Part shown: positions 18,938-29,520 of the stretch, in pieces
How positions within the stretch are numbered: the first letter of the stretch is position 1
Layout: each line of letters opens with the position of its first letter
Origin: an uncultured Chloroflexia bacterium
Lineage (GTDB): Bacteria > Chloroflexota > Limnocylindria > Limnocylindrales > CSP1-4
Length of the DNA stretch: 64,000 nt
Direction of reading: 5' to 3'
NCBI GenBank assembly: GCA_963734535.1
Contig: CAVTHS010000008.1
Span: 416,001-480,000, forward strand
Notes under the pieces: generated by a model
The model's database searches: none
Told to the model about the DNA's origin: nothing
The model's input: the letters and a program-made list of their open reading frames with translations, nothing else
Position numbers and translations under genes: made by a program

Positions 18938-20961
18938 GGCGCGACGATCCCGCCTCGGCCGAAGCCGCCGCCACCATTGCCGACGCCGGGGATCGCCACG
19001 CCGCCGCCCGTGGTGGTCGTGGACGTGCGCGCCGACACGGTCCCGATCGAGACCGTCTGGCCTTCCGTGATGCCCGACTTGACCTCCGCGAGGCTCGTCG
19101 TGACGAGGCCAACCTGGACCGGGACGACCTCGGACGTGCCGTCGGCCGCGACGACGCGCACGCCGTAGTTGCCGGCGGATCCGACGAGGGAGATGGCAGG
19201 GACGGCGACGACGCTTGCCGCCTGTGCCGTCGTGACCGCGGCGCTCGCGGTCATCCCGGAGAGCACGCTCGCCGGCGCGTTGGTCAGCGTGATCCGGACT
19301 GCGTACGTGACAACACTCGAACCGCCGGCGCTCGTGGACGCGGTCGGCGTGATCTGGCTGACGGTCCCCTCGATCGGCGTCGAGCCGGCGGCGGCGACCG
19401 TCACCGTCGTCGGCTGGCCGACCTTCAGCTTGCCGATGTCGCTCTCCGCGAAGCTCGAGGTCACCTGCATCGGGCCCACCTCGAGCGTGACCGCGTTGCC
19501 CGACGGTGCGAGCACACCGGCGACCACGCCGACGGAGGCCACGACCCCATCCGCAGGAGCGGTGAGCGTCGCGGCTGCAACCTGGATCTTGGCCTGGCGG
19601 ACGGACTCCTGGGCGTTCGTGATGGCGGCCTGGTCGGACGCGAGGGTCGCGGCCGTCGCGGGCGCCGTCCGGCTCGCATACGAGAGCTGCGCGGACGTGA
19701 GGCCAAGGCTCGCGGACGCGAGCTGCGCGGCCGACGAGTTGGCGGATGTCGAGAGCTGGAGCTTGAGCGAGGCGAGCTGATTGGTCGCGTTGGTGACAGC
19801 CGCCTGGTCGGACTTGATCAGGGTGCTGGGCGGGCCCGCGGCAAGGTCAGCGGCGAGCTGGTCCTGCGCGCTCTTGAGCGCTGCCTGGGCCTGGCTGAGC
19901 TTGAGCGCGTTCTGCTGGTCCGTGATCGAGGAGATCGTGCCGGTGCCGGAGAGTTGGGCATTGAGCGTGTCGAGCTTGGCCTGGGCGGCGGCCACCTGGC
20001 TCGCGACTGCGGCCTGCGCGCTGTTCGTTGCGCTCGCGATTGCCGACTGCGCGTTGGCGATCGCGACGTGGTCGGCGGTGATCGTGGCCGAGTCGGCGTT
20101 GGCGGCCGTGTCCTGGGTCAGCTTGGCGTTCGCGTCGATGAGCGCCTGCTGCAGCTGTTGGGACACCGGCTGCGGCGTCTGCTGCTGTGCCGTCTGGAGC
20201 GCCTGCTGCGCCTGCTGGAGCGAGAGGGTGTTCTGCGTGGAGGTGGAGCTCGACTGCGCCTGCGCGGCCGCGATCTGCAGGTTCAGCGAATCGAGGTTGT
20301 TCTGGGCGGACGTCACCGCGTTCTTGTCCGCGGTGATCGTGTTGGCGAGCGGACCGGCCGCAGTGTCCGCGGCAAGCTGGTCCTGGGCGCTCTTGAGGGC
20401 CGCCTGGGCCTGGCTCAGCTGGAGGTTGGCCGAGGCCGTGCTGATCGGGGCGCTCTTCTGGGCCTGGGCCAGCTGCTGCTGCGCCTGCTGGATCGAGACC
20501 GCGGCGGCGGCCCGATCCGTCGCGGAGAGACCGCCCTTGTCGGTCGCGAGCTTCGCCTTCGCGACCGCGAGGCTGGCGTTGGCGATCGCCAGCGTCGAGC
20601 TGACCGTGCTGGAGTCGGCGACGGCAAGGGTCTGGCCTGCCGTGACGGCGTCACCCACCGCCACGTTGACGCTCTTCACGAACCACGTGCTGGCCCCGCC
20701 CCCAGTTCCAGACGAGCTGGACGAGCTCGACGCGGTCGACGCGACGAGCTGCGGCTGACTGCCGAAGGCAAGGCCGTAGATCGCGCTGGGGGCCACGCTC
20801 CCGGTGGCCACCGACTGGGCGACCACGTTCTCCCGGGTCGCCGTCGCGGTCAGGTATTGCGTGGCCGCGGTCGACCCGAGGCTGGGACCGATCACCGCGA
20901 ACCCGATGGCGCCGACCCCGACGGCGATGAGGCCGATCACGGCGAGGAGACGAAGCTTCAT
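18934..20961 (-). CDS. MacA/HlyD-like membrane fusion (adaptor) protein with very long coiled coil
   Basis: N-terminal TM, lipoyl halves VNVAVGDAVTAGQTL and LTAPADGVV, ESDIGKLKVGQ, GITEGQTV. Confidence 0.88.
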   Translation of the reverse strand: MKLRLLAVIGLIAVGVGAIGFAVIGPSLGSTAATQYLTATATRENVVAQSVATGSVAPSAIYGLAFGSQPQLVASTASSSSSSSGTGGGASTWFVKSVNVAVGDAVTAGQTLAVADSSTVSSTLAIANASLAVAKAKLATDKGGLSATDRAAAAVSIQQAQQQLAQAQKSAPISTASANLQLSQAQAALKSAQDQLAADTAAGPLANTITADKNAVTSAQNNLDSLNLQIAAAQAQSSSTSTQNTLSLQQAQQALQTAQQQTPQPVSQQLQQALIDANAKLTQDTAANADSATITADHVAIANAQSAIASATNSAQAAVASQVAAAQAKLDTLNAQLSGTGTISSITDQQNALKLSQAQAALKSAQDQLAADLAAGPPSTLIKSDQAAVTNATNQLASLKLQLSTSANSSAAQLASASLGLTSAQLSYASRTAPATAATLASDQAAITNAQESVRQAKIQVAAATLTAPADGVVASVGVVAGVLAPSGNAVTLEVGPMQVTSSFAESDIGKLKVGQPTTVTVAAAGSTPIEGTVSQITPTASTSAGGSSVVTYAVRITLTNAPASVLSGMTASAAVTTAQAASVVAVPAISLVGSAGNYGVRVVAADGTSEVVPVQVGLVTTSLAEVKSGITEGQTVSIGTVSARTSTTTTGGGVAIPGVGNGGGGFGRGGIVAP

Positions 20962-21067
20962 GTGGATTCCTCTTTGTATGCGTGCCGAGGGGCCGGGGCG
21001 GCACGGTCCAGTGGGCCGGGGCGGGGCCTGATCGTCGGACGATGAGAGGCAGGTGTACCGCGGTCCC

Positions 21068-21084
21068 CTGAAAGGAGCCTGAAC
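21068..21084 (-). promoter_or_regulatory. Putative OmpR/MprA-type tandem box GTTCAG-N5-TTTCAG
   Basis: 11-bp period direct repeat upstream of the adaptor gene; similar boxes at 23933 and 24759. Confidence 0.5.
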
Positions 21085-21088
21085 CGGC

Positions 21089-21886
21089 TCAGGCGAGGAG
21101 CGACTCCACCGTCGGCGTCCAGACGAGGCGCTCGTCCGAGGTGATCGCCAGCGCGCCGTAGCCGGGGTGCGTCCCGACCCACCCGGGGCCGGCGACGCCC
21201 ATCGCGAAGGCGGTGGTCGCATAGACGTCCGCCCACGTCAGGCTTGGCCCAACCACCGTGACGCTGAGGAGGCCGGCAGGGGCCGCTCCGGTGCGCGGGT
21301 CCCGGATGTGCTCGCCCCGCTCGTACGTGCCGGATGTGGCCACCGCGAGATCGCGGACGGCAAGGACGCGGGCCACGGCATCGGCGCGGTCGGGGTGGCG
21401 GATCCCGACCCGCCAGGGACGGCCGGGCTCCGGCTCGCCACGGGCGATCACGTCCCCGCCGCAGTTGCAGCTGTAGTTGCGGGCACCGGCCTCGTCGAGG
21501 AGGAGCGCGGCCTCCTCCACCGCCCAGCCCTTCACGATCCCGGATGGGTCCAGGCGGCCGTCGGCGCGGTGGCCGCGCGCGTCGAACCAGCCGTCCGTGG
21601 TCCGGTGCAGGTCATCGACCATGCCCAGGACGAACCGGACCTCCGCCGATGCGTCGGCCTCGGCCAGCTCGCCGCGGGCGATGCGGCTGATCTCGCTTCC
21701 GGGCCGATACGTGCTGAACCGGTCCTCGATCTCCTCGAGTCGCGCGAGCATCGCGTCGAGGACCGATTCCGGGATCCCCGGGTCGCGGACGTCGATGCTG
21801 ATCACGGTGCCCATCACGGGCGCGACGCGATGCGGGCCGCGCGTGCGAGGCTCCGAACGGGAGGCCGCAGCTGTCGTGTCAGCCAC
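21089..21886 (-). CDS. apbE: FAD:protein FMN transferase
   Basis: VMGT, FSTYRPGSEISRI, DPSGIVKGWA, GGDV, ATSGTYERGEHIRDPRTG, ADVYATTAFAMG. Confidence 0.93.
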   Translation of the reverse strand: MADTTAAASRSEPRTRGPHRVAPVMGTVISIDVRDPGIPESVLDAMLARLEEIEDRFSTYRPGSEISRIARGELAEADASAEVRFVLGMVDDLHRTTDGWFDARGHRADGRLDPSGIVKGWAVEEAALLLDEAGARNYSCNCGGDVIARGEPEPGRPWRVGIRHPDRADAVARVLAVRDLAVATSGTYERGEHIRDPRTGAAPAGLLSVTVVGPSLTWADVYATTAFAMGVAGPGWVGTHPGYGALAITSDERLVWTPTVESLLA

Positions 21887-21909
21887 GCGACGGCTCAGCC
21901 ACGGACGGC

Positions 21910-22479
21910 TCAGCCATGCGCCGCCTGGTCCAGCGCGGACTGGAGGGACTGGGCGTAGGCGTCGCTCGTGTAGGTGGCCCCGGAGACCAGGTCGATCTGC
22001 GCGCTCTGGGCCGTCAGGGCCTCGCTGCGCAGCATCGGCTCGACGATCTGGCTGATCTCGGCGGAGCGCTGGCGGTCGTTCGGCAGCTGGAGGGCCGTCA
22101 CGTCCGAGATCTTCCCACCGGCGATGGTGACCTGGACCTGGACCGGCCCGAACCGCGTCTGGACGAGCTGGCCGGTGACCGTCCCGTTGGCCAGGGCAGC
22201 GCCGCCGGCACCGGAGGCAGGAGCCGTCGAGGCGGCGGCCGGGGCCGTCGAGGCGGCGGGAGCGGTCGTGGCTCGGGGTGCCGTGCCCCTGCCCTGGCCG
22301 GCTGCCGACAGGGGCGCGGCGGCGGGCCCGGACGTGGCCGCCGGGGCAGCTCCCGCGCCGGACGCGACGATCGCAGTATTCCTGCCGGTCGTGATCGCGA
22401 CGTCCGGGGTCTTGAACGAGAAGAGCAGGACCAGCGCGAGGGCGGTGAGCGAGAGGGCGATGGCGCCGCGTTTCGGCAT
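21910..22479 (-). CDS. Secreted FMN-binding domain protein (flavinylation substrate)
   Basis: Signal peptide; FGPVQVQVTI...IDLVSGATYTS with the SGAT flavinylation motif. Confidence 0.92.
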   Translation of the reverse strand: MPKRGAIALSLTALALVLLFSFKTPDVAITTGRNTAIVASGAGAAPAATSGPAAAPLSAAGQGRGTAPRATTAPAASTAPAAASTAPASGAGGAALANGTVTGQLVQTRFGPVQVQVTIAGGKISDVTALQLPNDRQRSAEISQIVEPMLRSEALTAQSAQIDLVSGATYTSDAYAQSLQSALDQAAHG

Positions 22480-22493
22480 GTTCGATCTCCGAA

Positions 22494-23864
22494 TCAGAAC
22501 GCGAAGCGTTCGACGTGGACTTGCGACGCCGGCACGCCCAGCGCCGTCAGGCTTGCCCGAACCGACTCCATGAGCCGGAACGGACCGCACAGGTAGACGT
22601 CGCGGTCACGCACGTCGGGTACCAGCGCACGGAGGCCGGCGGCGTCGAGCGGGTCGCGCGGCATCTGGCGGCTTCCGCGGTGGCCGACGAGGTAGTGGAC
22701 CGAGGCGCCACGATGGGCAGCCAGCGCATCGAGCTCCTCGCGGAACACGACGTCCGATTCGCGACTGGCGCGGTAGATGAGGGTGAGATCGCCGGGGCGG
22801 GCCGGCAGCGACTCCATGAGCGCACGCAGCGGCGAGATGCCGATCCCACCGGCCACCAGGAGAACCCGCTGGCGCGTTCGGCGCGCCCCGGTGAGCGTCC
22901 CGTACGGGCCTTCGAGGGCCACGCGGGTCCCCGGCGCGAGGGCCTGGAGGCGCGCCGTCCAGTCGCCCAGGTCCTTGACCGTGAAGCGCAGCGACCGCCC
23001 GTTCGGCGCCGCGGAGAGCGAGAACGGGTGCGCCCGCCACCATCCGTCGCGAGTCAGGAGACGAAGGTTGAAATACTGCCCGCTGCGGACCGCGAGGCGG
23101 TCGAGATCCCGGCCCGTGACATAGACCGAGACGACGCCCGGCGCCTCCGTCACGACGCTTCCGATCCGGGGCTGGTGGCGAAGCGTCGTGGCGATCGGCT
23201 GGCCGAAGCGGAAGACCACCATCATCGCCCCCGTCATGACGAAGAGCGAGATCCAGTAGAGCCGGGCCACGGGGTCGCCGAGGAAGTCAGTGCCCACGAC
23301 CAGCTGGTGCGCGAAGCCAAGGGCGATCCCGAGGTACGCGTAGAGGTGGATCCCGTACCAGGTCTCGTACGACAGCCGGCGCCGGGCGGCGCGAACGGAG
23401 GTGACCGCGACCACGAGGAAGCAGGCCAACCCAGCCGTGCCCATCAGCACGAACGGATACGTCCCCAGGAGGTTGGTTGCCTCGTCGAGGACGCTCCGAC
23501 CGTCGCCCAGCGACCAGCCGACCGTCGTCAGGACCGCGTGTCCGGCGATCAGCCACACCGTCGCGAACCCGAGCCAGCGATGCGCCCATGCCAGGCGGTC
23601 CATCCCGAAGACCTGGTCCAGCCACGGGCTGCGCGACATGAGGACAAGCTGGATGAGCGCGAGATAGGTGCCGAGAAGCGCGGTGACCTGGCCGGCGGCC
23701 GTCAGGATGGCCCCCGCGCTCGTCAGGTGGTCGGCCCCGCCGTGTCGCACCCACATCGCGAGGATGAGCGCGCCGTTGGCGGCGAGGAGCGCGACGATGT
23801 CGGACGCGCGGACCGGCCAGCGGCGCGGGAGCGGGACGCGGACGGGTCGCGAGGCGGACTGCAC
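22494..23864 (-). CDS. Ferric-reductase-like transmembrane protein with FAD/NAD(P)-binding domains
   Basis: TM His residues (HRWLG, H, HLYAY, HQL); HPFSLS, EGPYG, AGGIGISP, YLCGP, ERF. Confidence 0.92.
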   Translation of the reverse strand: MQSASRPVRVPLPRRWPVRASDIVALLAANGALILAMWVRHGGADHLTSAGAILTAAGQVTALLGTYLALIQLVLMSRSPWLDQVFGMDRLAWAHRWLGFATVWLIAGHAVLTTVGWSLGDGRSVLDEATNLLGTYPFVLMGTAGLACFLVVAVTSVRAARRRLSYETWYGIHLYAYLGIALGFAHQLVVGTDFLGDPVARLYWISLFVMTGAMMVVFRFGQPIATTLRHQPRIGSVVTEAPGVVSVYVTGRDLDRLAVRSGQYFNLRLLTRDGWWRAHPFSLSAAPNGRSLRFTVKDLGDWTARLQALAPGTRVALEGPYGTLTGARRTRQRVLLVAGGIGISPLRALMESLPARPGDLTLIYRASRESDVVFREELDALAAHRGASVHYLVGHRGSRQMPRDPLDAAGLRALVPDVRDRDVYLCGPFRLMESVRASLTALGVPASQVHVERFAF

Positions 23865-23932
23865 GGATGGTCCCCGGTGGCATGGCGACCCCAGCCGGGA
23901 GCCGCTCGATGCCCGCATCCTGTGTCCGGCGG

Positions 23933-23949
23933 CTGAAGCGAGCCTGAAG
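23933..23949 (-). promoter_or_regulatory. Putative OmpR/MprA-type tandem box CTTCAG-N5-CTTCAG
   Basis: Perfect hexamer repeat at 11-bp period upstream of the ferric reductase gene. Confidence 0.55.
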
Positions 23950-24056
23950 GCAACATGTGGAGCTTCACACGCAATGCGGCCCTTGGTCGTCGCGGGCATC
24001 GCGAAGCGCCGTCACGCCAAACAACGAACCCTCACAATCGGTTCGAGTCGAGCCCC

Positions 24057-24671
24057 TTACCCGTGAAGATGCAGCGCCTCCGGGTTGCCAGGCGTGCGCC
24101 ACGAGGTCCGCTCCATTGGCTGGCCGTCCTGCGCGCGGAAACCGAGCGGCCGGACCATCGCAAGGACGCCAATGAGGTCGACGGCGATCACCGGGGCCGC
24201 TATGCGCGCCGCCCGGTAGTCCAACGTCCGGCGGACGAGCCCAGGCCGGTCGACCTCCGCCGGCATGAGGACCAGGGACGCATGCGTGTGCGCGACTGCC
24301 TCGGCCAACCCGGCGACACTTGGCCCGTATGACACCCAGACCGCGACTTCAACCCCGGATTCCCGCAGCGAATCGGCCTGGCGCCGAAGAGCTGCACCTC
24401 GAGGCGAGGAGCCGGGCACATACCCAACGTCACGATCCGGGCGCGCGCCACGTTCGAACAGGCGCCACGTCCGGTCGGTGTGGTCCGATTGGCCGACTGG
24501 AGCATGGAACAGGAGGACTTTGGCGCCCAGTGTTGCCGCCACCGAGATCGCCGCGGCGCGGACGGATGCGTATCGAGGGTCCGAGCCATCGTCGGTCATG
24601 GCGATCACGACCCCGCCCGACGGGAGCAGTGCCGAAAGGTCGGAGGCGATCAGCGGTGTTGCATGTGCCAT
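24057..24671 (-). CDS. Universal-stress-protein-like hypothetical protein
   Basis: VVIAMTDDGS...AKVLLFH...LAEAVAHTHASLVLM...APVIAV follows the USP secondary-structure pattern. Confidence 0.55.
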   Translation of the reverse strand: MAHATPLIASDLSALLPSGGVVIAMTDDGSDPRYASVRAAAISVAATLGAKVLLFHAPVGQSDHTDRTWRLFERGARPDRDVGYVPGSSPRGAALRRQADSLRESGVEVAVWVSYGPSVAGLAEAVAHTHASLVLMPAEVDRPGLVRRTLDYRAARIAAPVIAVDLIGVLAMVRPLGFRAQDGQPMERTSWRTPGNPEALHLHG

Positions 24672-24758
24672 CGAAGCAGGCCTCGGGTTTCCGAATGGCG
24701 GGCGCACGTGGGTCGGCGCTCATCCCGGCGTGTGAGAGTCCGAGTCTCCGTCTCGTTC

Positions 24759-24775
24759 CTGAGGTCATGCTGAAG
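24759..24775 (-). promoter_or_regulatory. Putative tandem box CTTCAG-N5-CCTCAG
   Basis: 11-bp period repeat upstream of the USP-like gene. Confidence 0.4.
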
Positions 24776-24922
24776 CCTGTCCGACGCGCACGGCTGCGAG
24801 CACGCGCGAGGGACCGGTGTCGTGCGGCCCACCTTGCCGACCGCGAGGCACGGTCGCCGGTCACACCGACGACGAGCGTGCCTGCCGGGACGGGCGCGCT
24901 GCGAAAGTTCGGGGCGGGACCC

Positions 24923-25255
24923 TTAGCTGGCGGAACGCGCCGGCGCGCGTCGCGCGGGCGGCTTGAGGGCCTTGATCGCCTCTTCGATGTCGCGCGTCAC
25001 GCCGTCGCTGCCGGCGGAGGTCTTGGCAGACCGGAGGCACGCGAGCGCGACGACGAGCGTGTCGGGGTTGGCGGCCTTGCGAATGACGCGGACCGCGAAC
25101 GCGCCGAGCGCCGGATCGGCCAGCCATGGGCTGACGCCCTTGATCGCGGCCTCGCCGTGTGCCGCGATCGGGTCGCGATACTCGATGCGGCGATCGGGCG
25201 CCGCTTCTGCGGCAGCCTCGAGCAGCGACGCCAGGGACCGATCTTCGGAGCTCAT
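24923..25255 (-). CDS. Hypothetical helical protein
   Basis: ORF MSSEDRSLASLL... with GGAGAG RBS and normal amino-acid composition. Confidence 0.6.
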   Translation of the reverse strand: MSSEDRSLASLLEAAAEAAPDRRIEYRDPIAAHGEAAIKGVSPWLADPALGAFAVRVIRKAANPDTLVVALACLRSAKTSAGSDGVTRDIEEAIKALKPPARRAPARSAS

Positions 25256-25510
25256 CGACAGTCTCTCCATCCAGTGGACCGTCTCGCCGAGTGACTGACA
25301 ACCACGGCGGGTGTCTGGACGCGAGGTACCCGGAGGCGTGGGAGGCGGCGCGCTGTCCACCAGCCTACCGCGTTAGGGGCTGCCCCGTGCGGCGCGGCGA
25401 CAGCGCGTTCCGGCGACGGATAACGGCCGGGCAATGTGTACCCGTCACACCCGCTCGAGGCGTGTTCCGGCTGGTGTCCCGGCGGGTGTGCTCGCGCTGG
25501 CACGATCCCC

Positions 25511-28500
25511 TCAGTCCCCGTTTGTCGACTTCGGTCCGGGCGGCCCTGCCGGAGGGACGAGCCCCGCGCGAACGGCCACCGCAGCGGCGGCGCCACGGCT
25601 GTTCACGCCGAGCTTGTCGAGGATGATGCGTGACGTGCACGGAGGCGGTCTTTGGGCTGATAAAGAGCTCCTTGGCGATTTCCCCATTGCTGCGCCCATC
25701 GACCAACATGGCTAGCACCTCGCGCTCACGGGGACTGAGCCCATAGGGGTCGGCCGGGGTCGCCGCCAGATCCGACTCCCTAATCGGCAGGGCCGCTGCC
25801 GCCAGCTGGGTGCGGGAGCGGCGGGCCAGGGCTTCAATGTCTGCGATGAGAGGCTGGGCGCCCAAGGCGCGAGCCTCGTCATGGGCATCCTGGAGAGCCC
25901 GCGCTGCTCGAACGCGATCGGTGCGATTGGCGAACCTGGCCTCCGCCTCGCGATAGTGCGCATACGCCACGAGATACGGCTGGTGCACGGCGGCGAGCGC
26001 CGTCCCGGCCGTCGCCCAGTGATCCGGGGCGAGTGTCCCTGCGAGTCGATCCGCTTCGGCGAACCCCCATGCCGCCACGGCGCGCAAGGGACCGTTCACG
26101 CCGGCGCCAGCGATGAGCCGCCCTTCCAGGGCCGCCTCGAGCACCCGGCGATCCGAGGCGGCCTCCGCCAGAATCGGAGCGGCATCGCCCTCCCGGCGCC
26201 GCGCCCGCAGCCGCTCGACGTGATCGGCTGACGCTCGGAGTCGCAGGGCGGCGAGGAACGAGCGTCCCACCACCTCCTCCGACCGCTCGGATTCCGCCAG
26301 CGCTTCCCGCATGATCGACAGCGCGGTCGCCGGCTTGCCCCGCGCCAGCGCGGCCTCGGCCAGGCCGCAGGTGACCTCGAGCCTCATCTGTGCGTCGTCG
26401 GGGCCGTCTCGGGCCGCCCGCAGGTCGGCCTCGCCGGCCTCGAGCTGGCCCCGCCGGACCCGCAGGGTCCCTCGTAACATATAGAGCAACCCACGGAACC
26501 TCGGGTGTGCTGCCTCGTCCGCAAGTGCGTCGGTGGCGATCTCGATCGCCTCCTCCCCGCGCCCGAGGTGCCCTAGGATGCGGGTCGTGTACGAGCCGAG
26601 GGCGACCTCGTGCCAGTCCCCCACGCCCTCACGCTCGGCGACCGTGCGCACGGCCTCGAGCGCCCGCTCTGCCTCGACCGGAAGCCACAGCCACCGGATC
26701 AACATCGCGGTCCGTTCTCCGTAGATAAAGAACACGGAGTCGCTGCCGCTGGAGCGGTCGGCGGCCTCCAGCGCGCGGTCCGACTCGACGAAGGCCTCAT
26801 GGTCGCGACATAGGCCCGCATGCGCCCAGGCGAGGGTCATACGGGCAGACCCCTCGAGCGCGTCGGCGCCGACCGCGACGGCGATCTCAATGGCCTCGCG
26901 CGCCGCCACGCCCGTTTCCGTGTAGCGGCCCTGCCACCACAGACCGGAGGAGAGCATCCAGACGGCTTCGGCCCGCTCGCTCGTCGGCGGATCGCGGGGC
27001 AGGATCGCGACGGCGGCCTCCGCCGGGAGGATCATCTCGGCGACCTCACCGGCGAATTCACAGGCACCCGCCAGCCGCGCAAGGAGATACCCTGCGCGGA
27101 GCGGATCTCCGAGCGGGTCGACCAGACTTGCAGCCTGCCGCTGGAGCCCCAGTGCCCGTGCCCGGTCACCGGCCAAAAGCGCCGTGCGCGCCGCGCGGTC
27201 GAGAAGGTCGACGAAGTCCGCGCCAGCCCGTTGGGGCGCGTCCTCCACCCTGTCCCAGAGTCCCACGGCACGCTCGTAGGCGCGCAACGCCTCGGGAAAG
27301 GCTCGTGCGTGGACGGCGGTCTCGGCGGCTCGCAGGGACGCCTCAAAGGCGGCAGGCAGATCGCGGGCTCCGTACCAGTGGTGGGCGAGCTCGGCGGCGG
27401 CACCGGCTGCCGTAGGGCCGGCGAGATCCGGCCGCTCCGTGAGGAGTCGCGCAAGACGGCTGTGCAAGCGGACCCGCGTGCCGGGCAGCAGATCCCTCTC
27501 GACCGCCTCAGCGAGGAGCGCGTGACGGAAACCGACGAATTGGTCTGCGGCGTGCAGCACGAGGATCGACCGATCAACGCATTCGCGCAGCCCCGGCTCG
27601 AAGCCCCGGGCCGCTCCCTCCCAGGCACGCTCCAGGAGCTCGGCGCTCACGGGCCTGCCTGCCACCGCGGTGATCCGAGCGATCTCGCCGGCGGCGTCGG
27701 ACAGGCGCTCGATCCGGGCCAGCAGGGTCTCGACCAACGTCACTGGGAGCGGCGCACCGCGCCCGGCGCCGAGCGCCAGGAGCTCCTCGGCGAGGAACGG
27801 GTTGCCCTCCGACCGTTCGACGATGCCCGAAACCAGCGATGAGGGTGCATCCGCGCCGCGGATCTCGCGAACCAGCGCCCCGACGTCGGCGTCACTCAAC
27901 GGCGGCAGGTCGAGCCGGGTGGTTCGTCGGCTTCGTGCGAACTCCGCAAGCACCGGCGCCAATGGATGGCGGCGATGCAGCTCGTCGTTGCGGAACGTTG
28001 CCACCAGGAGCGTCCGGCCCGCGCGAAGGCGCCGGACCAGGTAGTCGAGGAGCTCGAGCGTGGAACGGTCCGCCCAGTGGAGATCCTCGAGAACCAGGAC
28101 GAGCGGTGCGGGGCCCCGATCCAGGACCTCTCGCACCGCCTCGTACAGCCGACCGAGCCCCAGTTGGCCCGAGGTGCGGTCCGGACCGGACGCCTCGACG
28201 TCTGGCGTCGGCGCGGCGAAAGGATTCGGGCCGGAGCCGGAAAGACTGGAATCGACCACGCCCGCCAGTTCGCTGAGCCGGTCGAGGGCTTCGACGAACG
28301 GGGCGAATGGCAGCACCTCCGCCCCGAGCTGGAGACAGCCGCCACTCACGACCGTCACCCCTTCGGAGGCGGCCCAACGAGCCAACTCCGCGATGAGTCG
28401 GGTCTTCCCGATACCGGCTTCTCCGCCGATAAGGAAGCACGGGCGGGCCGCGCGATCGGCCAGGGCGACCTGAAGCCTGGCGAACTCCTGCTCGCGTCCC

Positions 28501-28607
28501 CGGAACGCAGGACCGGCCTCCCCCGTCGGCATGGTCGCAGGGTAGGCGCTCGTCGGGCGTTCGGGAAGGGCGGTCGCGCGAGCTGAGCGATCCGAGCTCA
28601 TCTGCAC
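25511..28607 (-). CDS. Large AAA-ATPase / TPR / LuxR-HTH regulator (MalT-like); 1-bp frameshift near 25628
   Basis: GEAGIGKT, LEDLHWAD, GNPF, FRHAL, LSPREREVL...ISPKTASVHV; ILDKLGVNSRGAAA continues in another frame. Confidence 0.9.
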
Positions 28608-28800
28608 CGATGTTGGCGGGGCCGACCAGGGAGCCTGACACCCGCAGCGGTGGGGTCTGCGCCCGCGAAATGAGGTAGCGAGCCGGTCAGGCTAAGGCTA
28701 TCGCCCGATGTCGGGCGGTCTCACCGTGCCTAGGGTCCTCGCCATGAAGGCAGGCGCCGCAGGTGACGGTGCTGCCGCTGGTGCACGGGGAGAACCAGAC

Positions 28801-29373
28801 ATGCACGCCACCACCGCCTCGATGCTGATGATCGCCCGCGACCTCCGCGAGGCGGATCGGCGCTCTGCCCGTGAAGCCCGGGTTGCGACCGGCCGCGCCG
28901 CCCAGCGGCAGACGGCCAGCGGCCCCGAGACGATCCGCGTTTCGCTTCGCAGACTCCTGGTGGTGGCAGGCGCCATCCTTGCTGTCGCGCTCGCCGTCCC
29001 ATCGGTTTCGGCGGGCACCCAGAAGGCGTTCCACCTGGACAAGACCTGCGCGGCCGACGCGTCGGAGCCGCTCGGGTACGTCTGCACCGTCCAGCACTCC
29101 GACTTCAAGTGGATGCCGTCGGGCACGAAGGTCCACTACACCAGCCAGGCCGGGAACGTGGTGCAGGCGACCATCAGGATCAGGAACGGCAGCACGAGCG
29201 GTGCCTGTGTCTGGAGCACCGCCGTGAACGCGATCTGCACGTTCAGCAACGGAACCGGCCGTTTGAGCGAGTTCCATCTCCGGGTCGTCGTCACCGCGAA
29301 CGCCGACGCGTCCATCTGGTACTGGGACGGCTGGTACTCGTTCGGCGATGACGGGCGCCACGGCCGCGATTAG
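28801..29373 (+). CDS. Putative secreted beta-rich protein
   Basis: Signal-like RRLLVVAGAILAVALAVPSVSA, four Cys, alternating beta pattern; start uncertain. Confidence 0.65.
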   Translation: MHATTASMLMIARDLREADRRSAREARVATGRAAQRQTASGPETIRVSLRRLLVVAGAILAVALAVPSVSAGTQKAFHLDKTCAADASEPLGYVCTVQHSDFKWMPSGTKVHYTSQAGNVVQATIRIRNGSTSGACVWSTAVNAICTFSNGTGRLSEFHLRVVVTANADASIWYWDGWYSFGDDGRHGRD

Positions 29374-29392
29374 AGGAGAGGTGAAGCTGAAG

Positions 29393-29468
29393 TGGAGCGG
29401 GAGACGGGGTTCGAACCCGCGACATGCAGCTTGGAAGGCTGCCGCTCTGCCAACTGAGCTACTCCCGC
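29393..29468 (-). tRNA. tRNA-Gly (anticodon TCC)
   Basis: GCGGGAGTAGCTCAGTTGGCAGAGCGGCAGCCTTCCAAGCTGCATGTCGCGGGTTCGAACCCCGTCTCCCGCTCCA: 76 nt, full cloverleaf, encoded CCA. Confidence 0.98.
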
Positions 29469-29520
29469 TCGAGTTTGTGCTCAACTACAGCGGATAACTG
29501 TAGAATTTGGCCTCCGTCAG

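Noticed and set aside
24030-24060. tRNA fragment marking a second island boundary (GGTTCGAGTC)
   Set aside because: Short match on the wrong strand, not extending to the tRNA-Gly sequence
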